64,000 nucleotides of DNA from an uncultured Gemmatimonadaceae bacterium. GTDB lineage: Bacteria; Gemmatimonadota; Gemmatimonadetes; Gemmatimonadales; GWC2-71-9. The position numbers were made by a program, and so were the translations under genes. Each line of letters opens with the position of its first letter. Within the stretch, counting starts at the first letter, position 1. The notes under the pieces are model-generated. The model saw nothing but the letters and a program-made list of their open reading frames with translations, made no database searches and was not told the DNA's origin. Positions 17,897 to 25,955 of the stretch are shown here, piece by piece. The DNA is taken from the NCBI GenBank assembly GCA_964578865.1, contig CAZOES010000004.1:12362-76361 (forward strand). Reading direction: 5' to 3'.

Positions 17897-19510
17897 ATGG
17901 CCAAGGGCGATATGGACTTCCGCCAACTGATTCCGCTGCTGCACCCCCGGACGCGGGTCCACGATGTGGACGTGCTGAAGGCATGGTACGAGGCGGTGGC
18001 CGATGCCTTCCGTTACGAGCTGGCCACGGATCTACTGGCGCTCTGGCTTTACGGGCCGGAGGGCGAGCCGATCCTCATCGAGCCCGAGGCGCTGGCTGCC
18101 GACAATCTGGGAATCCCTCCAGCCGACCCGCTGGCCAATCAACTGATCCTCGACGAAGTCGAAGATCGGATCCGGCGAGCCGGGTACGGTTCAGTGTTGC
18201 TCCGTCCGGTGCGCCATGGCGGCCAGGACGTTGCCCTGATTCTTCTCGCCAGCTTCACGCCCCACATCTATGGTCTTCGAGCCGAGCATCTGATCGATTC
18301 GGCGATTGAAGTGATGGCGCCGATGCTGGCCCGGGTGACTCGCGCTGCGGGCGACGAAGTTCCAGCTGTGGTGGTGGCTCCCAGCGAAACCGACGTGGTG
18401 GTGCCCGGGGTCGAACGGGTACGAGATCAGGCCCGCGAAGGCGAACTCTTCGAGGGGCTCTCCGACGCCATCGGCGGAGCCGGTACTCCTCGTGACTTGA
18501 TGCTGGCACTTTCCTTTGCTCTGCAGCCGATTCTGCCACACGACTGTTACGAGCTGCTGATTCCTGACTCCACCGGTGAACGACTCTACCGTCTCGGCCT
18601 TCATGGCCACGGCACGCTGTGGGGTGACCCTGCGCTGGCAATCTCCCGTGGCTCGCTTGATCCGGCTCGACTGTTCGGAGACCGGGCCGGGTTCATTCTC
18701 GATGATGCATCGATCGCCGAAGATCTGACCATGCCGGAGTTGGTGACCGTGCGGGGTCCTGAAGTGCCACCTCGCTCACTGGTGGGTACGGTGCTGCGAG
18801 TGGTTGAGCGTCAGGTGGGATATCTGCTGCTGGGAAGCGCGGGCCCGGGGTTCTACCGGGCCGAGGATCTGGTGATGCTCGACCGGGTGGGTGCGATCCT
18901 CTCACCCAAGGTCGAGAGCCTGGTCCTGGCCTGGCAATACAGTGTGCTGCGGAGTCAATTCGACGTGCTCCGCCACGTGCCGATGCATCTGGCCAAGGTG
19001 GCCGAGCTGCTCGCGCTTACTCCGTTCCTTGGTGAAGGGAGCAAGCTCTTTGTGCAGCAGGCTGCGGCGGTGCTGCCGGTGAAGGCGCTGGAGTTCGCGG
19101 TCCGACTGAACGACGAGACTCGCGTTGCGGTGGTGCGGCCTGGGGCGGTGACTCCGTTGGCCGATCTTCCGCAGGAGCCGATCGACGGAACCGGGGTGGC
19201 CTCAGTGGTGCGCGGAGAAGTGCCCTACCTGCTCTCCAGTCAGGACGAGCCTACCGGAGCGCTGACGGTGCTGGTGGTTCCGCTCCGGGCCGGTGGTCGG
19301 GTCTTCGGCGCGATGGCCATGACCGCAGAGGGGGCATCCTCTTTCACTCGCACTGACATGGCCCTGGCTCAGCAGCTGGCCGACCTGGCGGCGCCCCATC
19401 TCGATCTGGCTCGACGCGGCGGTGGCCACGCGCCGGGTTTTGCGCCGGGATGGAAGCGGCCCAGCTGGCGGCCGGATGTAAGGAAGGAGACGGGGGAGGG
19501 GAAGGTGTAA
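17897..19510 (+). CDS. hypothetical protein, probable tandem GAF-like domains with no recognisable output domain
   Basis: 537-aa ORF with protein-like composition, divergent from copZ. Repeated segments of about 150 aa each end in a ...VLVVPLR.GGRVFGAM-like pattern typical of GAF folds. No kinase, cyclase or DNA-binding motif seen. Confidence 0.5.
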   Translation: MAKGDMDFRQLIPLLHPRTRVHDVDVLKAWYEAVADAFRYELATDLLALWLYGPEGEPILIEPEALAADNLGIPPADPLANQLILDEVEDRIRRAGYGSVLLRPVRHGGQDVALILLASFTPHIYGLRAEHLIDSAIEVMAPMLARVTRAAGDEVPAVVVAPSETDVVVPGVERVRDQAREGELFEGLSDAIGGAGTPRDLMLALSFALQPILPHDCYELLIPDSTGERLYRLGLHGHGTLWGDPALAISRGSLDPARLFGDRAGFILDDASIAEDLTMPELVTVRGPEVPPRSLVGTVLRVVERQVGYLLLGSAGPGFYRAEDLVMLDRVGAILSPKVESLVLAWQYSVLRSQFDVLRHVPMHLAKVAELLALTPFLGEGSKLFVQQAAAVLPVKALEFAVRLNDETRVAVVRPGAVTPLADLPQEPIDGTGVASVVRGEVPYLLSSQDEPTGALTVLVVPLRAGGRVFGAMAMTAEGASSFTRTDMALAQQLADLAAPHLDLARRGGGHAPGFAPGWKRPSWRPDVRKETGEGKV

Positions 19511-19573
19511 AAAGTGAAAAGTGAAAAGTGAAACGGTTGCTGGGTGCACTTTTCACGTTTCACGTTTCACGTT
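19510..19573. terminator. palindrome built from tandem heptamers (GTGAAAA x3 / TTTCACG x3) between convergent genes
   Basis: AAAAGTGAAAAGTGAAAAGTGAAACG ... GCACTTTTCACGTTTCACGTTTCACGTT. The arms pair with one A/C mismatch per heptamer and a loop of about 10 nt. It fills the whole 63-nt gap between the stops at 19510 and 19574. Confidence 0.6.
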
Positions 19574-20431
19574 CTAGCTTTTAACTCGAATCGAATCCGG
19601 ATGTACCGGCAGTGCTGTGGGATTTGAGGCCCGCGCCCACCTGAAGAAGATCACTCCAAAGGCAAACCAGATCGGCAGGTCTCCCACCAGCTTCATCAAC
19701 AATCCCGCAATCTGCTGGTCCTGCTGGGCCGTGAGGATGGGATAGACTCTCGGGGCCAGCTCATAGGTGGCGTAGAGCGGATACTCGGCGAAGGTGAGAA
19801 ACGCCGAGGGGATAATTGGTGGAAGGGTAGAGGCGAAGAGGTAGGCCATCTTCATCGGCCGGCGGAGCGCGATGAGCTCGGTCGGTGCCATGAGGGGCCA
19901 CCACAACGACAATCCCCCAATCAACCAGGCAAGGTCTACGGTAAAGGCGCCCAGCTGACTCGACATCAGTTGGTCGACGATGGTCGGGATGTGGGTGGCG
20001 AAGAGGGCGATGTTGAAGAGGGCGAAGCCGAACCAGGGCCGGGAGGCGAGTCGAAGAACCGGTCCTAGTCTGGGGCTGTGAATGGCCCGAAGCTGAACCG
20101 CTTCAGGTATCCCCAGAATCAGGCACGGAGGCGCAACCAGGGCCAGCAGGATGTAGCTGACGGTGTGGACGCTGACGAGATAGCCCGCACCGAGCGCGCC
20201 GATGGGCCAGTCGAGGGCAGCCCAGATGCAGGCGATTGCGAGGAGAAACCAGGCGGTTATGCGGTTAGGCGGCCAAGCGGCCAGGCGGCCAGAGGAATCG
20301 AGCTGACCGCCTTGCCGCCTTGCCGCCTTGAGATACCAGCCAAGCATCAGTGCAATAAGGAGCCAGACGCCGGGATACGCCTTCCAGCTCCAGGTCCAGA
20401 GAGCGCCGGTGGCGGAGCACCACCAGGTCAT
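19574..20431 (-). CDS. ctaG: cytochrome c oxidase assembly factor, CtaG (caa3-type, COG3336-like) membrane protein
   Basis: 285-aa polytopic protein. The Trp-rich N-terminus and conserved His/Pro in TM segments (HTVSYILLALVAPPCLILGIP, LWWPLMAP) fit my memory of the Caa3_CtaG family. ATGA overlap with pcuAC. Context supports the call. Confidence 0.6.
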   Translation of the reverse strand: MTWWCSATGALWTWSWKAYPGVWLLIALMLGWYLKAARRQGGQLDSSGRLAAWPPNRITAWFLLAIACIWAALDWPIGALGAGYLVSVHTVSYILLALVAPPCLILGIPEAVQLRAIHSPRLGPVLRLASRPWFGFALFNIALFATHIPTIVDQLMSSQLGAFTVDLAWLIGGLSLWWPLMAPTELIALRRPMKMAYLFASTLPPIIPSAFLTFAEYPLYATYELAPRVYPILTAQQDQQIAGLLMKLVGDLPIWFAFGVIFFRWARASNPTALPVHPDSIRVKS

Positions 20432-20859
20432 TGGCCGTACCGCCGTACCGGGAGCTGGAGGGTAACCGAACCGGCTTTGGCGAACCGGAGCGTTACGGTC
20501 AATGAATCGCCCGCCTTGGGAGCCGCGGTGAAATCAGTGATCATCAGGTGGGCGGCGCCGGGTTTGAGCTCGATCTCGCCGCCGGCAGGGATCTCGAGCG
20601 CATCGAGGTGGGCCATACTGCTGCCGTGAAATGCGGCTGCCCGGGCTGCCGGAGTGGAAACCTCGAGCACGGTATCCGGTGCGGTGCCGTTGTTGTGGAT
20701 CCGGAAATAGGCGGCGCCACTGGCATCGGTGATCGGCTCGAAAGCGAAGCCACTGTCGATCTTGATCTCACCCACGGTCGCGCTGGCGGTGGGAGGGATC
20801 GGCTTGCCGCAAGCCAGCCCACCGATCGCAAGAAGGGTCCAGCAGGTCCGGGCACTCAT
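20428..20859 (-). CDS. periplasmic copper chaperone PCu(A)C (DUF461)
   Basis: The ORF track start is 20895. The ATG at 20859 forms an ATGA overlap with the sco stop and gives the signal peptide MSARTCWTLLAIGGLAC. The H/M copper motif region is FHGSSMAHLDALEIPAGGEIELKPGAAHLMI. Confidence 0.85.
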   Translation of the reverse strand: MSARTCWTLLAIGGLACGKPIPPTASATVGEIKIDSGFAFEPITDASGAAYFRIHNNGTAPDTVLEVSTPAARAAAFHGSSMAHLDALEIPAGGEIELKPGAAHLMITDFTAAPKAGDSLTVTLRFAKAGSVTLQLPVRRYGQ

Positions 20860-21524
20860 GAGCGTTGCACCAGCAGAGTAAGATCCTTGCTCCAATCGGC
20901 CTGACGGATTCCGAAGGGATATACCACATGAGCCATGTTGTCGGTGCCGAAGGCGAGGACGATGGCCGCGTGTCCGATGTTGTACACGCTGGTGTCGGTG
21001 GTGTCCGGTCCGGCGGCTTCTCGCATCGTCTGCCCCAGACGTAGCTGGGTGAATGCCGAAGCAACCGAAGCGCTATCCCCGCGCAGGCCGATGAAGCGCT
21101 GATCGAAATGGTCCAGCCATTTTCGCATCACTTCGGGGGTATCCCGGGCCGGATCGACCGTCACGAACACCACCTTGATCTTGTTGGTGATCTCCGGCCC
21201 CAGTTTTTTCATGGCCCCGGCAATGTTGGCCATGTGGACCGGGCATACGTCGGGGCAATTGGTGTAGCCGAAGAAGAGGAGGGTGACGTAGCCGTCGGTC
21301 TCCTTCTGGAGATCGAACTGCTTGCCGTCGGTAGTGGTGAGTACCAGCCCTGGCTTCGGCAGCGGGGGCATGATCTGCGGGCCGGAAAGGCCTTCGCCGT
21401 TGAAGGGCTTAGGCGGCGCCGGTTTGCAGGCGGCGGCGAGGGTCAGCGTCAAGGCGAGCCCGGCGATCGGACGGGCGAGACGGGCGAGACGGGCGAGTAC
21501 AATGTGTAGCATCGTTCTTCTCAA
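20856..21524 (-). CDS. SCO-family (Sco1/SenC) thioredoxin-fold copper chaperone, lipoprotein
   Basis: FFGYTNCPDVCPVHM (CxxxC) plus a downstream His (YNIGHAA). Lipobox LTLAAAC. The TTG at 21524 overlaps the copD stop. An alternative ATG is at 21512. Confidence 0.88.
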   Translation of the reverse strand: MRRTMLHIVLARLARLARPIAGLALTLTLAAACKPAPPKPFNGEGLSGPQIMPPLPKPGLVLTTTDGKQFDLQKETDGYVTLLFFGYTNCPDVCPVHMANIAGAMKKLGPEITNKIKVVFVTVDPARDTPEVMRKWLDHFDQRFIGLRGDSASVASAFTQLRLGQTMREAAGPDTTDTSVYNIGHAAIVLAFGTDNMAHVVYPFGIRQADWSKDLTLLVQRS

Positions 21525-22447
21525 AGTTTCGGTGCGGGGAGGGCCACCAGCACCGCGGTCACGGCGACGAGTAAGACGGCGATTACCAGTTCAGCTGCAG
21601 CGGACTTCTTGAGTTCCCTGGTTCCTTCCGGCGACCCCAGCCTCAGGCGCACACTCTGCCAGTTCCAGGCGCCGATGCCGAGTGTGATTCCCAGCAAGGC
21701 GACTTTGACCAACAGGGCCTTTCCATAACTGGTACCCGTGAGCGAGGCGAAATCTCCCACGTAGGCGACTCCCATGACGGTGCCTGCCAGTACCGCGAGG
21801 CCGGCGCCCAGCAGAGCCGCAGGAGAGAACACCGCCACCATTTCGGTGACATCGGTTGCGTCCTCGTCGCGGGCGATGGTCAGGGCGGTCTTGAACATCG
21901 TAAACAAGGTACCCAGCCATATCCCCGCGCCGAGCAGGTGGATGGCGTGAAGACCGACCCCGAGGGCCGGACCCCAGGGGTGCTCGACCGCATGACCGGT
22001 AAGGGGCTGGGTGGCGGCAACTGCGAGTGTGGCAGTGGCGAGGAAGCTCAGTCCAGTGGCCGGGCGCCGGGGCGCGATCATGGCCAGCGGCACACTGATG
22101 AGTGCGGCGGCGACTTGAGCCATCCAGCCGCGTCCCCAGGCGGTCGCGAAGAGTATCGGCTTGGCGGCGTCCCAGGTAATTGGATCGGGATCGAGGAAGG
22201 AGCGCACCTGACCCAGTGCCCGGAGCAGATGAGCGCTGAGGAGGAGAACGGTCGCTCCGGCGGCCACCTTCCAAGTGCCCATGAGGGCGCGAGCGGCGAG
22301 ACTCTGATCATCGTCGCCGCTGCGGCGCCAGCGGGGCACCAGTACCGCGAAGGTGCAGGCACCAATGAGAATGAGTGCCGCGAGGTAGGCCAGACCGCGC
22401 GCCGCGGCATACAGATCAATGGGGAGTGGGAGATCGTCGTGATTCAT
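21521..22447 (-). CDS. copD: CopD-family copper transport membrane protein
   Basis: 308-aa protein with about 8 TM segments. LHAIHLLGAGIWLGTLF is typical of CopD. ATGA overlap with the upstream hydrolase stop. Confidence 0.75.
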   Translation of the reverse strand: MNHDDLPLPIDLYAAARGLAYLAALILIGACTFAVLVPRWRRSGDDDQSLAARALMGTWKVAAGATVLLLSAHLLRALGQVRSFLDPDPITWDAAKPILFATAWGRGWMAQVAAALISVPLAMIAPRRPATGLSFLATATLAVAATQPLTGHAVEHPWGPALGVGLHAIHLLGAGIWLGTLFTMFKTALTIARDEDATDVTEMVAVFSPAALLGAGLAVLAGTVMGVAYVGDFASLTGTSYGKALLVKVALLGITLGIGAWNWQSVRLRLGSPEGTRELKKSAAAELVIAVLLVAVTAVLVALPAPKL

Positions 22448-24252
22448 TGGCCGACCGGGACGACAGGCAGGATGATCCGCGATCCCGGGTGATGGATGGT
22501 AATCGTGCCGGCGCGAGTGCGACTGCTGTCGATCTCCGAGGCACCGGTCTGGAGGTTCCGGGAGAACCAGGGGGCAAAGGCGCTGGAAACAGTCACCCGA
22601 ATTCGGTGGCCGGCAAGAAACCGGTTGGCTGTCACCATGCGGTTCATCCTCAGGGTTACCCGGGATCCAGGCATCACCAACGACCGGGCCGGGCCGCCCT
22701 CACGATAACTCGCCCGCATCAGAGCGGTACCCCAGCTCGAGAGATTCCAGGCCGTTCCATCTGGTTCCACGTCGTACAACTGAACCCAGAGGTCGAAATC
22801 CCGGACCGTGGCGGAGGCTTCCAGCTCGGTGACCACGTTGCCGATAATTTCGACTGGCTGGGCTAGGGGACCGGTCTCGAAGACCAGCAGGTCGCTTCGG
22901 CCCACCAGGCTCTTGTAGTCGTGTGCGCCCGGCGTGCCGTTGTAGGGATCAGTGAGCGGCCTGGCCGGATCGGAATGGAAGCGGCTGCGGCCGACGGCGC
23001 GGGAACGCCGCAGCAGTTGGCCAACTCCTGACGGCGGGTTGGCAGCGACCAATCGCAGCGTGTCCGGGCGTTGTCCCGCGGGGGGCCAGCCCCGCAGATA
23101 GTTCCAGCGATCGGCGCCCATGACGTAAACTCGGAGCGGAGGGTTGGAGCTGTCACTCTCCGACTTGATGAACCGATCGAGCCAATTGAGCACGGTGGCA
23201 TCGTAATCGATGGCCGCGTCAGGGCTGAAAGTGCGATCGCCGGCCTGGTTCCTGCGCGTGGCGCCGACACCGTGCACCCAGGGGCCGATGATCAGGCCGG
23301 TCCGATTGCGGGCTCCGCTCGCCACCAGTCCGTTGAAGTTGTCGATCGCTCCCGCAGGACCATACGGCTCATCGTACCAACCGGAGAGATTCAGCACGCC
23401 GGCCGACACTCCACGGTAGGTCCCGCTCAACTCAGCCCAGCTCCACCAGGGGTCTTGCGGTGGATGTTGCATCCACTGGTAGTACCATGGGGCGATGGTC
23501 TTGAAATCGGGGAGCGAGCTGAGCGGGAACGACCGCAACCTCGTCATCGCAGTATCCGCCACCGAGGCGGCGAGATCTCCGGTACGGGGTCCGGGTTGAT
23601 CGAGCTTGACCCGGAGATCAGGGGCGATGTTGTACCAGACCCAGTCGAGCCACGAGCCATCCCATACTCCACCGGAATACCAGAACGACTCCGGGGTGGA
23701 GAAGGTCATCGCCGGGACCATCGCCTTGAGCGAGGGCGGATTCTCCCTGGCCGCGAGCCACTGCACCGCGCCAGGATAAGAGAGGCCAAAGGTCCCCACT
23801 TTTCCGCTGGACCAGGGCTGATGCGCGGCCCATTCGATCACGTCGTAGCCGTCTGCTCCTTCCTGGCGGTACGGCTCAAAGGTTCCTGCCGAGCGATAGC
23901 GGCCGCGGACATCGACCAGCAACACGGCGTAGCCCCGCGCCAGGGCAGCCTGAACCAGGGTGGGAGTTTCGCTGCGATCATAGGGTGTGCGATAGATCAG
24001 AACCGGTCGGGGACCGGGAGACCGGGGGCGCCAGAGGTCGGCACTCAACACAACGCCGTCCCGCAGGGGGACGGCGAGGTTGGAATCGATCTGCGCTTCC
24101 GGTGTCTGAGCGTTCAGACCAGCGGGGCCCAGCAACAGCCCAATCAGCAGACCCGCGCACCGGCGACCAACGAGGGTGAACCTCACCTCACGGCTTGGGA
24201 GCGGCCGCCGGATCGTACTTGAAGGTGTACTTGCCGCGGACCGCGTGCCCAT
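22444..24252 (-). CDS. CocE/NonD-family (peptidase S15-like) serine hydrolase, exported
   Basis: Nucleophile elbow VGTFGLSYPGAVQW. The C-terminal PepX_C-like signature is HRIRVTVSSAFAPWFSRNLQTG. The ATG at 24252 overlaps copC by 65 nt. An alternative GTG at 24186 lies just after the copC stop codon (24188-24190, one intervening base at 24187) and gives VRFTLVGRRCAGLLIGLLLGPAGLNAQ. Confidence 0.8.
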   Translation of the reverse strand: MGTRSAASTPSSTIRRPLPSREVRFTLVGRRCAGLLIGLLLGPAGLNAQTPEAQIDSNLAVPLRDGVVLSADLWRPRSPGPRPVLIYRTPYDRSETPTLVQAALARGYAVLLVDVRGRYRSAGTFEPYRQEGADGYDVIEWAAHQPWSSGKVGTFGLSYPGAVQWLAARENPPSLKAMVPAMTFSTPESFWYSGGVWDGSWLDWVWYNIAPDLRVKLDQPGPRTGDLAASVADTAMTRLRSFPLSSLPDFKTIAPWYYQWMQHPPQDPWWSWAELSGTYRGVSAGVLNLSGWYDEPYGPAGAIDNFNGLVASGARNRTGLIIGPWVHGVGATRRNQAGDRTFSPDAAIDYDATVLNWLDRFIKSESDSSNPPLRVYVMGADRWNYLRGWPPAGQRPDTLRLVAANPPSGVGQLLRRSRAVGRSRFHSDPARPLTDPYNGTPGAHDYKSLVGRSDLLVFETGPLAQPVEIIGNVVTELEASATVRDFDLWVQLYDVEPDGTAWNLSSWGTALMRASYREGGPARSLVMPGSRVTLRMNRMVTANRFLAGHRIRVTVSSAFAPWFSRNLQTGASEIDSSRTRAGTITIHHPGSRIILPVVPVGQ

Positions 24253-24568
24253 CCTTCGAGCCGGTGCGCCACACGACCTGGTAGCTGCCGGCTTCCAGCG
24301 CGACCGGAATGTTGCCGGCCACCGAGAGGCTATCGTCGGTGGCAGCCATCTTTACGGTGGTCACCGGCGAGTTGTCCGCCTTAAGCAATGTCGCGCCGGA
24401 AAGCGCCGCTTCCGGCTCTTCGTTGAACCAGAGCCGAATCTGCCGGGGAGCCACGGCCACAGTGGAATCAACACCCGGTTCAGCCTTCACGAGGTGGGTA
24501 TGAACGGCAGCATCAGCGCCCAGCAGTGAGCCGGCGGCGATGGTGGTAAGAATCAGAGTGCGAAGCAT
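24188..24568 (-). CDS. copC: CopC-domain periplasmic copper-binding protein
   Basis: 126 aa. Signal peptide, then the predicted mature N-terminus HTHLVKAEPG and SKDGHAVRGKYTFKY. This is the His-rich Cu(II) site pattern of CopC, with no Met-rich Cu(I) loop seen. Confidence 0.85.
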   Translation of the reverse strand: MLRTLILTTIAAGSLLGADAAVHTHLVKAEPGVDSTVAVAPRQIRLWFNEEPEAALSGATLLKADNSPVTTVKMAATDDSLSVAGNIPVALEAGSYQVVWRTGSKDGHAVRGKYTFKYDPAAAPKP

Positions 24569-24590
24569 GTTGCTTACTCGGTTCGGGTTT

Positions 24591-24626
24591 AGACGGTCAA
24601 GACGGTCGAGTCGGTCGAGACGGTCA
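24591..24626. repeat. 4 x 9-bp tandem repeat (AGACGGTCA AGACGGTCG AGTCGGTCG AGACGGTCA) in the copC leader/promoter
   Basis: Read directly. It lies 23-58 nt upstream of the copC ATG (24568) in the 82-nt gap after the BNR gene stop (24651). Confidence 0.9.
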
Positions 24627-24650
24627 TGAAAAGTTAATGGTGCTGCTGCC

Positions 24651-25949
24651 CTACTGCTTCAACTCAATACGCGCGAGACCCAGCCGCTGTTTATCGCCCA
24701 CCAGCTGGGTCCAGGCCATGGCGGCTCCACCGGTTCTGGTCCGAGCCAGCTGGGGGTAAGTGGAGCCATCAGACCCCTTTAGCTCAACACGGCTGGCCCT
24801 GGTGGCACCAACCGGCACGTGGGCCAGATTAATAAGCCGGTTTCCCTTCTGATTCACATCCCAGGCTACCACTGAACTGCCGTCATCCAGCGAAGTCACC
24901 GCTGGGTGGGCAGTCTGCAGGTGATCACCAGTGAGAAGGGCCAACGGCTGGTCGGCGAACGCCAACTTTCCAGTGCCGCGAGTCAGGTAGACCCCGGCTC
25001 CACCGGGGCGACCGGTGAACCAGGCGACATGGGGAGCTCCGCTCCGGTCCATCGAGAGCGACGGGCCGCTGTGGGGACAACCGGGATAGACCCAGTTGTC
25101 TTCCCGCACCCGGGTGGGTTCGGCCAGCGAATCCCTCACTTCCGACACCACGATGTCGCGGACGTTGCCGGGATAGTGTTTGCGCCAGGCAGCCAGCGCA
25201 CTCCCGTCAGCTGCACGTGCCAGCGTGACTCGGCAACAGGGGCAGACGGCGCCCCAAAGCGGACGATTGGCCGACCAAGTCGCCCCGAAGTCCGCCGAGC
25301 TTACGCTGTAGATGGTCGCATCGGATTCGTCGGTCATGTCGTGCTGGTGAGGATCGCTTCCAGCCGGCATTTCATGAACTCCGCCGGCCCGCTCGTCCAG
25401 CCACGCAGCCACCACCCCCGAGTCACCGACCCAGGCCGCACCCTGGAAGGTGTGACCAATCAGGGTTCCGGTGGTGTCGTCGTTGATGGTGACCGGGGCG
25501 CTCCAGCTATTGCCGCCATCGAGCGAACGGGCAAACCGCATCCGGTTGGCAGGCCACTTACGGCCTTCGACGTTGATGTTCTGGGGCCAGACCAGCCCGA
25601 TGCGACCGGCGGGCCCGGCGACGAGACGGGGAGACGCCTCGCCGTGGGGATGCACTTCGCCGGGATCGCTGGTGACTGCAACCGGCTTACTCCAATCCTT
25701 ACCGTCATCGGTCGAGCGACTGAAGTAGAGCTGCCAGCCGGTCGAGTCGCTGCCTCCGACGAAGCTGAGCAGCAGATCGCCGGTGGCCGGATCGACGACC
25801 AGTGCCGGATCGGCGGCGTTGGGCATCGAGTCGGCCGGCGTTGAGGCGAGCTTCTCGATGCTGGGCCCGCTCGGGCTGCATGCAGAGATCGCAACCGCAA
25901 AACACAGATTACCCAGATTGAAAAGCAGATTTTTGATGTTGTTTTTCAT
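24651..25949 (-). CDS. BNR/Asp-box repeat beta-propeller lipoprotein (sialidase-like fold, function unknown)
   Basis: Lipobox AVAISAC. Asp-boxes SRSTDDGKDWS, ARSLDGGNSWS and SSADFGATWS. Unusual Cys motifs AVCPCCRVTL and YPGCPHSGPS. Starts 6 nt after the TonB receptor stop. Confidence 0.7.
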   Translation of the reverse strand: MKNNIKNLLFNLGNLCFAVAISACSPSGPSIEKLASTPADSMPNAADPALVVDPATGDLLLSFVGGSDSTGWQLYFSRSTDDGKDWSKPVAVTSDPGEVHPHGEASPRLVAGPAGRIGLVWPQNINVEGRKWPANRMRFARSLDGGNSWSAPVTINDDTTGTLIGHTFQGAAWVGDSGVVAAWLDERAGGVHEMPAGSDPHQHDMTDESDATIYSVSSADFGATWSANRPLWGAVCPCCRVTLARAADGSALAAWRKHYPGNVRDIVVSEVRDSLAEPTRVREDNWVYPGCPHSGPSLSMDRSGAPHVAWFTGRPGGAGVYLTRGTGKLAFADQPLALLTGDHLQTAHPAVTSLDDGSSVVAWDVNQKGNRLINLAHVPVGATRASRVELKGSDGSTYPQLARTRTGGAAMAWTQLVGDKQRLGLARIELKQ

Positions 25950-25955
25950 GTGTCT

